From: Octopus sinensis
Lineage: Eukaryota
Assembly (NCBI RefSeq): GCF_006345805.1
Contig: NC_043007.1
Span: forward strand, 7,378,001-7,442,000
Length of the DNA stretch: 64,000 bases
Reading direction: 5' to 3'
The notes below the pieces were generated by a model. That model did no database searches, was not told where the DNA came from, and was given only the letters and a program-made list of their open reading frames with translations. Both the position numbers and the translations under genes were made by a program. Of this stretch, positions 13,507-26,895 are shown piece by piece (position 1 is the stretch's first letter; each line of letters starts with the position of its first letter).

Positions 13507-14890
13507 CTTTTTTTTCAACATAATAAACAAAGCGAGGTATTGAACCACTCACGACAGTTTTTACAATTATTGGACTTAATAGTCCATTACAAATAATAGC
13601 ATACAACAAAATATTCAATATACAATCACCATTAGTCCATACACAAATGAGACGCTGAGCCTCTTACGCTGAGGATTTTCAACCTCAACGAGGTATTGAA
13701 CATCTCACTACAGGTTTTACAATTATTGGACTTAATAGTCAATAACATGCAATAATATACAATAAAATATTCAATATATCGTCAACACTGATCAATTTAC
13801 AAATGAGGCGCTGAGCGTCTTCCACATTATAACACTGAGGCCTTTCAACCTCTAGTCAATTTCCCATCTCGTCGTCCCTTGTGTCCGTGCACTCCACCAT
13901 ATCCCTTGCTTGCTTTAAAATCAAGGTGGGCTCCGAGTTGGCGTCAGCCGGCCACATGCGATATTCCTCTTTTAGTCCCTCCAGCCTTTAAACACGCGCA
14001 ACGTTATGACCTCCACAGCTATCTGCGGAGGCCATTCGGGATCCCGTGTGAAGGCCAAATGTACACCCTCGTAGTGTTCTTTCACTACTTTTTCCACCTC
14101 TCCACCTCTATGAAAGAAGACCAAGAGTTCTTCGTCCTCCGGGTCCGAGGGGGATCAATTTTACCGTTAGCAGCACAGTTCCCGCCATTGGTGTCTCCCC
14201 ACCACCTCCGGTTGCACAACCAACGAGGCTCCGTGATATTCTCACGCCATGTCTCCGGCTGCCGGCAATATCCTGTTTCTCCTTCTCTTCCTCTTTTTTC
14301 TTTTCGACTGGGGGAGGGTGCGTCTCCTCCGTGACCTGGAGATTCGCCTCCTCTCCCTCATCCCCAGGATTCTTCGGTGAGCATCCATTATTGCTCACCT
14401 TCTTTCTTTTGCGGCTCTTCTTTGAGGAGTCCTCCGTCTCCCCTGCCACCTTCATTCCCCCCACTACAGAGGTATCCGTCAACCGCTCCAGGGATTTGCT
14501 TTGCCCTTGAGAACAGTTCTATTTTATATGGCCAGGCTTCAAGCACCGATGACACTTGGAGGGAGCGTCCCTCAAGCATCACCGGATACCTAGACACGGT
14601 CATTCTCAAAAAGTCTGGAAATATCAGACTTTCGGCTGACTGGCTCCATAGGGTCAAAACAGCTTTTGACCCGACCCAGTCAGCCGCAGGCAGAATATTT
14701 GCGCTGAGGAGCTTGGTTCTACTGCCACCCAGACCCCGGCGAATAGTATCTCCTATCCACTCGGGCTCAACTCCGGGTGATAAGCCGCAAATAAAAGCCC
14801 TCGTCAACTTCTTCCCACAATAAGTGGAGGGAAACAAAATTTCATTGCCCTCCAGGAGGTGGCTCGCAAATTCACGAGCCACTTTTGGGC
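13507..14890 (-). mobile_element. Non-LTR retroposon relic encoding only an ORF1/gag-like protein with a CCHC knuckle (Tx1/L1-like ORF1; HAL1-like organisation)
   Basis: GC-rich frameshifted ORF from about 14880 to 13855. An alternate frame at about 14520-14560 reads KCHRCLKPGHIK*NC (CX2CX4HX4C), followed by a K/E-rich tail. Then comes a duplicated 3' UTR and an A-rich end at about 13507. No endonuclease or RT follows. Confidence 0.7.
13533..13851. repeat. Tandem duplication of a ~156-163 bp unit in the 3' UTR of the ORF1 element
   Basis: cgaggtattgaac...ttacaattattggacttaatagtc...caaatgag.cgctgagc...ttcaacctc occurs at 13533-13686 and 13689-13851. Confidence 0.85.
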
Positions 14891-15030
14891 ATGTATGTAT
14901 GTATGCGTGTATGTGTGCATGTATGTGTGCATGTATGTGTGTATGTATGTATGTATGTATGTATGTATGTATGTATGTATGTATTATGTATGTGTGTATG
15001 TATGTATGCATGTTGGTATGTATGTATGTA

Positions 15031-15198
15031 TATGACGGGGAATTTTTCAGTTCTCTTTTCCGAAAATCCACTCACAAGGCTTTGGTCGGCCTAGGGCTAT
15101 TGTCGAAGGCTCTTGCTTAAGGTGCCACGCAGTGGGATTGAGCTCGGGACCATGTGGTTGGGAAGCAAGCTTCATACCACACGCAGCCAACCCTGCAC
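15031..15198 (-). mobile_element. SINE family A, 5' half
   Basis: Inverted homologue of 15450-15615. Confidence 0.85.
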
Positions 15199-15449
15199 TG
15201 AATATTCTATGTAATGTGGACGACATATTCATCAGGGGTTTTTGTATCCAACTTTTTCTCAAGAGCGTGATTTACGCCAGTATTTGTCAAAGGTAGAGTT
15301 ATCGCCCTTGGTGGCGAAGGTGGCAGTGGGAAGTTTTATGTAGGTATCGGGTATAAATGGACGGTACAAGTCGATAGGTTTATTTAAATAGACATTTCTC
15401 TCGTCTCCTATCTAAAAATGAAATTTTGTAAAAAAAGTTAAACGTAATA

Positions 15450-15851
15450 GGCGCAGGAGTGGCTGTGTGGTAAGTAGCTTGCTAACCAACCACATGGTTC
15501 CGGGTTCAGTCCCCCTGCATGGCACCTTGGGCAAGTGTCTTCTACTATAGCCTCGGTCCGACCAAAGCCTTGTGAGTGGATTTGGTAGACGGAAACTGAA
15601 AGAAGCCCGTCGTATATATGTATATATATATATATGTGTGTGTGTGTATGTGTATGTGTGTGCGTTTGTCCCCCTACCATTGCTTGACAACCGATGCTGG
15701 TGTGTTTATGTCCCCGTCACTTAGCGGTTCGGCAAAAGAGACCGATAGAACAAATACTGGGCTTACAAAGAATAAGTCCCGGGGTCGAGTTGCTCGATTA
15801 AAGGCGGTGCTCCAGCATGGCCGCAGTCAACTGACTGAAACAAGTAAGAGA

Positions 15852-15858
<7 letters not shown>
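15450..15858 (+). mobile_element. SINE family A, full-length composite (tRNA-derived head, CORE-like gcaccttgggcaagtg segment, internal TA/TG microsatellite, 3' half ending gaaacaagtaagag)
   Basis: A/B-box-like head (ggctgtgtgg...ggttcagtccc). Multiple dispersed copies in the window. Resembles Octopus tRNA-SINEs from recall. Confidence 0.9.
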
Positions 15859-15904
<46 letters not shown>

Positions 15905-18439
15905 ATACTGCGATAAACTGCCTTTTAGCTGCAATCAAAGCACCAACGAAAATAACATCAATAACAAAAAGAAAAATAACGATATCAACCTTCCAAATCT
16001 CTGAACGAAATTAAACAAAACCGAAAACATACAATAAATGTAAAATTGATATATAGGAAAATTTGTGGGTATCTCCATACATGTAACAAAGGCAGCCAGT
16101 GCAGCAGTAGCTCTACGTCATGACTTATGTGTTCATATACATCTTGTCATTGTATTTTGAAATATGTACGAGAAGTAAATGAAATTTTGCCGAATCGTAG
16201 CAAAGGACCGTTGAGAATGATTCAGAAAAAAAGTGGCGTGGGGGTGATGTAAAAATTTTCTAAAGCACTGATTGAAGGGATATGTTTTCTGTGAACAACG
16301 AGGATATAGTTTTATGGGTCTGAATGCCAGAATCACTTAGAATCTCTATTTTGTGTTACGTAACATGACTATCATATAGAGTGAATATTACATGCAGGTT
16401 TGAGGCGAAGTAATATAGTTACAGACTCATTATGTGGATTACTTTTAGCTGAATCGTTGCAGAAAATAGTAATTGAAAATGAAAATTAAGTTGGTTTTAA
16501 TAAAGAAAGGAGCCAAATCTTAAAATGCATTCAATGTTGATCAAGAAAGCTCCCGCTCGATACACGCTACGATAATCATCTCAGAGAAAGCTTGGAATCA
16601 AGTTTATTAGAATTGTTTCATATGCAAATGCTGGTTTACTTTGTTAAATTACTTTTTTTTTTATTCAACCACGATGTTCCATTAGAAATCTAGGAACTAT
16701 AAATTTTTTATTTATTTATTTATAGCTCTTAATATTTGTATTTTATCTGCATTCAGGTTCTTCATCTTACTATTAGAATCAGGAATGAAATATGTCACTC
16801 TTGAGAATTTGTGTTATTTTACAGAAAATTTAATTTGGAAAGTTTTTAAAATATGAATAGAAAGCAGCTTCGATATTTCTAAACAGCGTCCGTGATAGGA
16901 ATACAATATTCACTGTTTAAAATCGAGAATACACAGCCATTCTTTAATCTGAAAAATGGAGTTATACAAATTGACAGTAAGTGGTATACTGTTTGCCTTG
17001 TTTGAAAACTATATGATATATTTATTTTACCAAAATACATTTTTAGAGTTCTATTTTCTTTGATTCTAACTTTCACGTTCATAACAACTCTATACTTGGT
17101 TAGATTAAATGCAAAAAAACCTACGAGTTTTACGATCTACACGCATTCATATACATACATACATGCTTATATATATTATTAGATGTACACACACATATAC
17201 ATATCTATATGTATAAATATATATGTGTGTGTGTGTGTACATATATATATGCATATATATATATATGAAAATAAATATAACTATATATATGTGTATGTGT
17301 GAATATGTACGCACGCACACACCCATTATATATATAGTTATATATATTTTCATATATATATATATGCATATATATGTAAACACACACACAAACACACACT
17401 CACGCATATATATATATATATATATATACATATAGATATGTATATGTGTGTGTACATCTAATAATATATATATATGTATGTATAGTATTATTTGATGGAT
17501 GGATATATGTGTGTATATGTATGTGTGCATATATGTAGACATACACATTCACATGCACTATCATACTCCCATATGAGAGTATGATAGTGAGAAACAATGA
17601 AGAGCAGAGGGACTGAGAGAAGAGGAGAGAGAGAGCGCGAAAAGTAGAAGGCTTCTAGAAACTGTCGTTATCAATTACCATTGCTGTTTATTATATTATG
17701 TGAAAGAAACATTAAATGAGCGACAGAACAAAACGAAATTTCTAGAAGAGACATATTCAAATTTCATAAAAATAGCACAGAAATAATACTAACCAAAATT
17801 AACATCTTCAACAACTTTGGGCATTGATTGACGATCAGAAAAGTCTGATTACAAATACGTTGAAGTGTGTTGTACTGAATGGTGAATGCAAAAGCATTCT
17901 CAGTTATTTCGAATGGCGCTCTTGTTTGGAGAAAGAAAATAAAAACCTATTTGTGTATTTGACTATAAAAACAAAGGGACAATAATTTCAAGGGATGAAA
18001 GATTAATCTCTTAAAGGGATGCGGACATCCATGATAAAAGCGGTTTACATCGATGGAAAGGAGTGATTGATTTCATGAATGAGGTTCCTATTTTCTTTTC
18101 TTTTCTTGGCCAGGAAAGAAAGGCAATGTCCATAGTTTGTTAAAAGGCCTCTGGAACTGAAGAGATGGGGAGAAATTAAGAGAGGGTGGGGCAGACATAC
18201 ATACATTAGATTCATGCATATATCTGTGCGTGTGAGTGTGTGTGTGTAACTAGGAATCGCATTGACGAACGTTTAAGATGTTCTAATAGCAAGCACGAGT
18301 CTCGGGTTTGATCTTATTGCGTGACATCTACTCAAAGCGGAAAGTTGGCGTCAGTACTTGCAGCATATTGGACTCCTCCAAACGGAGCTTAGGTTTCAGG
18401 TTTTGGTGTTAAACCTGGATTTTGATGAAGTCTACCATC

Positions 18440-18680
18440 AGTGTAGGCCATAGTGAGATTCGAACTCAGAATGCAATGAGCCAGAACAAATATTGCAATG
18501 CATCTGGTCAAATGTTCTTACAGTTATGCCAATCCACTGCTGTTGATTGGTACATTTTTATTCACCCCCGAAAGGATGAAATGCAAAGTTGACATCGTCG
18601 GGATTTGAACTCAAAACATCGAAATATTTACTGCGAAGTTTTCTATCTAAAACTCTAAAGACTCGGCTTCTTCACCCTTT
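18440..18680 (-). mobile_element. SINE family B, degenerate partial copies
   Basis: cccccgaaaggatgaaatgcaaagttgac..ggatttgaactca, the reverse of the family B body. Confidence 0.6.
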
Positions 18681-19676
18681 GTTAATTTTTAGTGTGAACA
18701 AGCACAATTAGTACCAAAGACATACCAGCCGTTGACTATTACGTTTCCCAGTTTTATATGAGACTACATTACTTAATACAGTCGTTCTCAGTTGCAGATG
18801 GAAGATGGTAATTATGCGATTTGTATCAATTACTGTATCTTAAAGATTGCTACGTTGCTTCTGTTTTGCATTTTTAATGTTTCATTCCCAAACTCTCAAA
18901 GCTCTTTTAATATAATTTATATAAAAATAAAATTTGATATCGTACTTACAAAAATATTATTTCAAAATCTGCAACATCATTTATTCATAAAATACCCCGA
19001 TATTGCTACACGTTATCTACGAGGTTATATAAATGAGCACATTTTGATCCTCCCCCTCGTGAGACTAGCTGAACGATGTCATATACGCCAGTATAGTTTC
19101 TATGCATCTTTATAGATATCTATCGCAAACAAAATCGTATCCAGGGGAAAATAACTTTTTAAGACAACCTGATGTAAGTGTTACAATGAATAGCACTTTG
19201 TTGCATGTAATGAATGTTCAGGAGGCCCTGAAAAGTAGGAGTTGTTTATGGCGAAATATGAATGTTTTATGAGGGGATAATGCAACGGATATAATGTTCT
19301 TGTTACCACTTTGCAGCAGAGTTCTGGGATATGTAGATGTGTAACAAAGTTTAGAAATAATTCATATACATACACCGAGAAGAAATATTTACATGAAAGC
19401 CATAAATGATGCCTTCCGGAATATTAGGAACAGTACACACTGTTTCGACCTGATAAACATAGCAAGCAAATCTTCCTCAAATCACATTTTACCTTTCTTA
19501 AATAAAGATGTATGCATAGAGTAATGAAGTCCTTCATGCGCAAAACATAAAAATGCCACAGTTAGAAATACTCTGATTATATGTCGCCTTTATTCAGGAG
19601 TAAACTAGAGCTAAACAACAACAGTTCGTATATCCGTGTGGCCTTTCAGTTTAAGTATTATCACTTCATTATATTG

Positions 19677-20572
19677 TACAGGAGATGGTATCAAATAGCT
19701 CCACCTAGACTAGTTCCGTAGCGTGCCAACAAATGGCAGCACACGTGTGGAGTGAGAACTAGCAGTGATCTTCATGAAGCAGTCTGTCAAGTGACTTCGC
19801 AAGTTGTGAAGGACTCTTCTATTCTAGCCTCGTCGACGTAAGCTGTCCGAAGCATGTCCAGTGTCTCTGTAACAGAGTGTAAACGTGAAATTTTGCGTTA
19901 AACATGTCCAGTATCTGCTACAGAGACACTGGACATGCTTTGACCAGCTTACGTCGATGAGGCTAGACTAGAAGAGTCTTTCATCTCCACGACCAAAGAA
20001 GGCACAACAGAGCCGCAGCACAGTCAAGAGCATGCTCATCGATTTTCCCGGTATCCGCGGTATTATGCATCGAGTATTCGTTCCCTAAGGCCAGACCATG
20101 AATCGACAGTTCTTCTGTGACGTTTTGAAGCGTTTGAAGAAAGACAATTGGCGAAAGCAACCGCATCTGCAGAGCGCGAAGAAATGGATTCTTGGCTACG
20201 ACAACGCCCCCCGTCATGGAGTTCTCCTCACTTGTGAGTTTCTCGCCAAAAACAACCTGGTTTTGCCTCTACACCCGCCCGATTCGCCAGATTTGGCACT
20301 TTCGAGCTTCCATCTCTTCACCAAGATGAAAAGGCAGCCCAAAGGTGACCGTTTTAACACCGTTGTCGAGATCAAGAGCGAATCATAGAAGACCCTCGAC
20401 TCGCTTACCGAAAACAACTTCCAGGCCGGGATCCAAAAGTAGCACGAACGCTGGGATTGGTATATTGCTGCGCAAGGTGACTATTTCGAAGGTGATGATG
20501 TTAAAACTTAGGTAAATAAGTTATTTTTTATTAAACATAACCATTCCGAGAACTTTTTGATACCACCTCGTG
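19677..20572 (+). mobile_element. Internally deleted mariner transposon with both TIR remnants
   Basis: Transposase relics VKFCVK..SATETLDML, PRPKKAQQSRSTVKSML, YDNAPRH, HPPDSPDLALSSFHLF, ERWDWYIAAQGDYFEGD. TIR-like ends ggtatcaaatag (about 19690) and ctttttgataccacctcgtg (about 20570). Confidence 0.9.
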
Positions 20573-21580
20573 TTGTCTGATAAGAGAATCTTTGTTCAGC
20601 CTGTGAAGATACGATGTTTGGTAGTTTGCGTTGCTTGTAGATTTTTATGCCTGGATTGCGTCCTTGGATGACTGATATCATACATGACGAAGCTCTTTTT
20701 GATTTTCTGTTTTAATAATGTTGTTTGCTGATGTTAGCTTGCATTCGAAATATTGTTGCAGTTTTGATTTTGTATCACTTAGCGTCTACCCTGGGTGTTG
20801 TGGGTAATGTAAAATTGCACATGACAATTCCTAGTATTTTCATCAGGTTTTAGTCTATCTGTCAGAATCAAGTTTCTTGGTTGTTAGCGTAGGGTTGTAG
20901 TAACTATAAACTACTCAAAAGGTTAGTGTAGGTAATGGGATAATATAATTATGAGTGCGCCATGTTGTGTATGGCTTGTGGCAGTGTTGATAAGCAAAGA
21001 AGACATGTATCGAATAGATAAAGTATCTTGCTTGTAATACAAAAAACCCTGGAAGGCCGACGAGCTATCAAGATCGTAAAAGCATTTGAAAGACACTTGG
21101 ACTTATTTCAATTCTTTGCTCTCAAAGGGGAAACCCAATGAGATAACTCAATTTCACCTTTCATCACTCCGAATGGATAGAGCACAGTATCACTGCAGTG
21201 CTGAACTCGATATATTCGACGAACCAGCCTCACCTCAAACTGTTGGTCTTCTAACTAAATTAGAAGCAACAAGTATTAAATATAATAGATTTTATTTTTC
21301 TATAAGCTGCTCAATGTTAGAGATCGTTCGGTATCCAGAGTTTTGTGCTATCTCTTAAGGAGACATTTAGTATTTTCTTTATAATTTGATCACAGGGGAA
21401 GTGCCGAGAAATGAATTTAAATTTTATACGTAGAGCGTGAGGTTCTTGGAAAATAGTTGTTGATGCTGCCAGTAGTTAAGTGTCCTTTGGGTTTTATGAT
21501 ATCCATAAATGGGATTTGGCCTTTCTTAGAGTGATGCATTTCAAACCACATTTCTATCGGTTATTCAATAATAATAAGAA

Positions 21581-21663
<83 letters not shown>

Positions 21664-21949
21664 AAATATGTGACACCGGCTACATATCGTACATACCAAG
21701 AGTTATAAGGATTTACGATGCACAGGATTTACCATGCAATTACCGAAATAAGAATTTATGTTTTATGAAGGTCATACCTTGACAGATGCCTCATCTATTG
21801 TTTCATTATACTTTGATCAGGTGCATGTAATACACAGAGATTCTATTCAAAAATTCATTTCGGAAATAAGATGGCCATATGAGATGTAAAAATAAAACGA
21901 TACGAATATTATACGTGCATCGCTTGACAAATCACGGGAATGGTTCAAC

Positions 21950-22270
21950 GTGGGACATCTGCTCTACAGAAAGAACCAAATTCACTCCACATCTTCCAGT
22001 GATTCTAAATCTGAGTTCATTTAAGATTGCCACCACGTGACAAAATCTCTTTCCACTAACATGAAGAAAACCGAGCCGGCGCTGCACTGAATGAAATGTA
22101 AGTCTCTGTGGAGTTGAATGACGGAGCTGTGTGCGGCAAGCAGCCAAGACGAAACAGACAAAGGTAACCCAACGGTGCAGCATGTGAAAGAACTCATTGT
22201 TTGACGTTCACCGAGTTGGATATTTCCGAGAAAACATATGTCCACTTTGTAACTTTTGGGTCTATCATAT
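21950..22270 (-). mobile_element. Possible mariner-like 5' end or MITE remnant
   Basis: TA-flanked end tatatgatagacccaaaagttac resembles a mariner TIR; only weak peptide resemblance. Confidence 0.25.
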
Positions 22271-22297
22271 ATATGTATGTATATACATGTACATATA

Positions 22298-22360
<63 letters not shown>

Positions 22361-22368
22361 GTGTGTGT

Positions 22369-22399
<31 letters not shown>

Positions 22400-22531
22400 T
22401 AGATAGATAGATATAATGAGGGTTCAGTAAATTGTATTTTGCTAACTTTTCTTGAGAACATTTCTTAGTGGTAAGACGATAGCGGATCTACTTCTAGCAT
22501 AAGAGTTGTCCACATAGTGGTCATCCCTCTC

Positions 22532-22567
<36 letters not shown>

Positions 22568-23338
22568 GTGTGTATGTGTGTGTTCGTTCAATATGGCTTA
22601 TAGACTGGGAAACTGCTTCTACCTTGAGCTTGGAATATTTTATTCCTGCAGGAAAATATCTCTATATACACCGAACCATGCCAGTGGCCTTCATTTTGCA
22701 TACCTGCTCAGATCTGTTGAGACGGTGCAGTTGGTATATAATTCGAGACTTTTAGATAGATGAATATAGCAAAATCGTAATCAACGAAGGTGTTTCTGGT
22801 GACTCTTGATCTGGAAGGAAAGATTGAACATGGTGTTTCATATATGGCACATGAGACAACAAAGGCGTGACGAGTGTAAGAGGGAAGTACAAAGGACGCG
22901 TCTGTTTTGAGGCTGAACGCGGCTCGTGTTATGTCTATAAGCTAACTATTACAAGTTCGGGGAGCGAACCTTGGACAGAAGACAGCCTTTTATTCAATGC
23001 CAATATATGGTGTTTCTGTATGTAGCAACAGCACAATATTCCAGTGTAATTCAAAGTTGATTTTTGCTTAAAATTATTAAATGTTAATATTTCAGGTATT
23101 ATTTGACTTCGGAAATATGTGACAGGATAATCCTGTTGACATAAATCATGGTGCCATGAATTAATTACAGAACATTCACAGAATGTTATGTTTTGGTAAA
23201 GTTGTTGGAAATAAAGTTGGAAATTCACAGTCGGAACATTGGAAATTGTTATGAAGCGTTTGCGCTGAAAGTTGTGCACGTCTGAGGCGAAAAGTTTTTT
23301 AATAAAGGCAAATATATGTGTGTGTGTGTGTGTGTGTG

Positions 23339-23369
<31 letters not shown>

Positions 23370-23411
23370 ATGTATGTATGTATGTATGTATGTATGTATG
23401 TATGTATGTGT

Positions 23412-23600
23412 GGTGGCACATGGCCTAGTGATTAGAGCAGCGGACTCACTGGTCGAGAGATCGCGGGTTCGAATCTCAATTCTTGGTGATGTGTGTGTTT
23501 ATGAGTGAAACACCTAAGCTCCACGCGATTCCAGCAGAAGATAATGGCGAACTTCTGCTGACGTTTTCGCCACAATTTTCTCTCGCACTTTCCACCTGCA
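23412..23600 (+). mobile_element. tRNA-derived SINE family C
   Basis: A box tggcctagtg and B box ggttcgaatc in tRNA spacing, followed by a non-tRNA body rather than an acceptor stem. Confidence 0.75.
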
Positions 23601-23841
23601 TCTGTGTGTATGTACGAGTATGCGCATGTGTGTGTATACAAAGTGATGTATAAATTTACGTATATATGTGCGTGTGTGTGTTTATGCATGTCTTTTTAGG
23701 ATACGAAATTACTAGGAGGAACGGATTCCCATACCCTTTGCTCCCGCCGCTTTTACGCCCCGCAGAGAATATGATTACTACATTCTACGGATCCCACGCT
23801 AAACCTTCCGAAAAAAACGGGGAATAGATCTGGGTAATATG

Positions 23842-23899
<58 letters not shown>

Positions 23900-24139
23900 A
23901 GAGAACAAAGTGTACGTTACGCCGCAATAATTTATGTATAAAAAATATATTTTTATATATATAAAAATATATATAAAAATATATATAAAAAGGTTCTTGA
24001 CTGAAAATTAGAGGCTTCGAATGACCCGTCCGTTTCTTTTGTGTCGTCTATTTGAATGTTTTGCGTTCTTGTCCCATTTTGTATTTTTATATACATTTTT
24101 TATACATATATATATATACATGCATGTATATATGTATTA

Positions 24140-24625
24140 TCAAGATCAATTACAAAAAGAAAGATGACATGACAGGCCATGACTATTGGGGTCGACTGGA
24201 GAAACTTCAGCTTTATCCTCTCCAACGCTGCCGTGAGCGATACATAGAAAATATTCTATCAGCATCGCCTTTCAAATACACCCAAGACTTGGACCCCGTG
24301 TTATGCGCCCACAACGTAAATCATATTCGCATCACATAACAATAATACCGCACAATTATTTCACCTCAATTCGCCCCGTTCTCTTTAACATTACACCAAA
24401 ATGCATTAAAGCAGAGACAGGCCCCATAAACTTCAAGAAGTCTTTGGACAAATCCCAGATAAGCCTTCTACACCCGGATATATCTCCGTAAACAATAACT
24501 TTCTATTTGAGTGGGCCATGTGTTTGTCCGATTCCTGATTTGAATGGCTTTGCCAGGTGGTGCTATTAAGTTAGACATAGCTTGGGCCAATATTGGCCGA
24601 AACCTATCAAAGTATCAATACACAC
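24140..24625 (+). mobile_element. CR1-like LINE 3' fragment (RT C-terminus and 3' UTR)
   Basis: DYWGRLEKLQLYPLQRCRERY and PVLFNITPKCIKAE..NFKKSLDK; homologous to 46830-47545. Confidence 0.8.
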
Positions 24626-25315
24626 ACACACACACACACGTGTATATAAATACATATATATATTATATTATATTATATTATATATATATTATATTATATA
24701 TTATATATTATATATTATATATATTCCAAAGTTATTTCGAAGTGAATATATTCTTTCTCCGAAAAATCCAACTTGATTTATTAAAGTGAGTATCAGTCAC
24801 TGAATTGTCAGAAAAGCTAAAATGCTGGATTATTTCGTGAATTTTGCTCTTGTATATTTTGTAAATGGCGACTGAGAAGTAGTATCGTTCAGCCAAATAA
24901 TCTAACTGGCTTATGTTGATGGCGGAAACAGTAACCATCTACAATATGGTCTAAATGATTAGCGGTGGAAGAAAGATGGTAATTAACATACATAAGAAAC
25001 GATGTAGGATATTCTACTAATTTGGAAATTTGACACGAATCATAGAATATTAATAGGAGGAGATTCCTTTGTTCTTTTTTGTAATGAAATGGTCTACCTG
25101 GGAGCTTATAATCCAGGAAGTGTATTACGATTACAATTTATAACCAAGTAAGATGTTTAAATGTCAGTCTGCATCTTGTAATTTCTCTAAGAAAGTAGCA
25201 TTGCATTTTAACTAAGATTTCAAGAGCATCAGAACCATTGCATAATCCGGCTTTATAGAAATATTATTGTGGTGGGTAAGAGGCAAAAATAATAAAGTGT
25301 ATTTCTTAACTTTTA

Positions 25316-26105
25316 TACGAGTGCGCCGAAAAGTCCATTGGCTGGTTATGAAGGAGTAATGTTACGGCTATAAAAGCTTGCATTCATTAATTTCAACTCT
25401 GGATTATAAATAACTAAATTGCTTCTTTCGAGGGAAATTGATATGGCACTGTTCAAAGACTTCCAAAGTAACTAGTAGCGACTTCTCTTGATAATGGACA
25501 AAAATTCGCATCGCTGTGTTATCAGGTGCCTTCATAAAAGTGGTTTAGGCGCCGAGGACATTCATGCTGATATGGTTGCTATGTTAGAGGATGATGCTCT
25601 AGCCATATCAACGCTGCGGGAGTGAGTAGATGAATTTTGGAGGGAAAGCGAGAAGGTTGATAATGACCCGGCGTCTAGACGCTCTACAACCGCCAACCCC
25701 GAGCAAATAATTGATTGCGTTCACCACGTGCTGATGGATGACAGGCGAATAGCATAGCCGATGCTATTAGCATATCCCGTGAGAGAGAGAGAGAGCTGAG
25801 AATATTCTGCACAACAAACTTCGCATGACGAAGGTATCTGATCGGTGCCACGTCTTCTGACACCCGATCAACAGCACACCAGAATGATCACATCTGACAT
25901 GTCTCAGGTAGATCCAGCGGGTATGCGGAAGCGTTTCCTAAGCCAAGGTGAGTGTCATGCTCATCACTTCGAGCCAGCGACAAAGAGACAAGCCATGCAG
26001 TGGAAACACCCTTCCCTCCTCAGCTGCACCAATGAAGGCCAAAATCTGGAGAAAAAGGTGATGGCTTCGGTTTAGGGGGGGGGGGCAGAAAGCATTGGAT
26101 ATCTT
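25316..26105 (+). mobile_element. Mariner transposon, 5' portion, decayed
   Basis: TIR-like tacgagtgcgccgaaaagtcc. Peptide relics DIHADMVAML.DDAL, VLMDDRR, PRLLTPDQ, HHFEPATKRQAMQWKHP, KKVMASV. Confidence 0.85.
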
Positions 26106-26461
26106 CAAAAGAACCACTCACCCTGGCTTAGGAAACGCTTATGGATACCAGCTGGATCTACCTCAAACAATGTCACATGTGATCATTCTGTGACTATTCC
26201 CTTCAAACTGAACATAACGGAAGAAGGGGAGATCCACAGCGAGTTCTACAGAAAAGCAGCCGGTACAGATGTGTTTGTCCAGTACAATTCAGCACCTCCA
26301 CTCGGTGCCAATAGCAGAGACTCCGTCTAAGAATATCTTCAGAAGGAATACTATTCCGAAATATCGTATCAGACTATGGATGACTAAATTACAACAGGTA
26401 TACACAGACCATTGTCTGTATTATAGTGCATTGTTGTACAATTCAAAACTTTTTATTCTTT

Positions 26462-26498
<37 letters not shown>

Positions 26499-26502
26499 CG
26501 TA

Positions 26503-26895
26503 GGCGCAGGCGCGGCTGTGTGGTAAGAAGCTTGCTTCCCAACTACACGGTTCAGGATTCAGTCCCACTGCGTGGCACCTCGGGCAATTCTCTACTATTT
26601 TAGGTCCGGGTCGACCTAAACCATGTGAATGGATTGGGTACACACAAACTGAAAGAAGCCCATCGTATACATGCGTGCGTGTGTATTTGTGTGTATATGT
26701 GTATTTGTGTGTCCCCCCCCCACATCGCTTGACAACCGGTGTTGGTGTGTTTACGTCCCCGTAACGTAGCGTGTCGGAAAGTGACCGATAGAATAAGTAC
26801 TAGGCTTACAAAGAATAAGTCCTTCGGTCGATTTGTGCTACTAAAAGTGGTGCTTCAGCATGGCCGCAGTCAAATCACTGAAACAAGTAAAAGAG
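26503..26895 (+). mobile_element. SINE family A, full-length
   Basis: Colinear with 15450-15858. Confidence 0.9.

Noticed and set aside
13533-13851. Repeat pair as a CRISPR or similar array
   Set aside because: Two diverged ~160-bp units without spacers, in eukaryotic retroposon context
19425-19495. Minus-strand hammerhead-like TTGAGGA..GAAA
   Set aside because: C3 missing and no stem I partner
20580-21000. Possible Penelope RT-thumb/linker relic on the minus strand
   Set aside because: Only faint resemblance (KQRKLPN); needs a profile-HMM search to support
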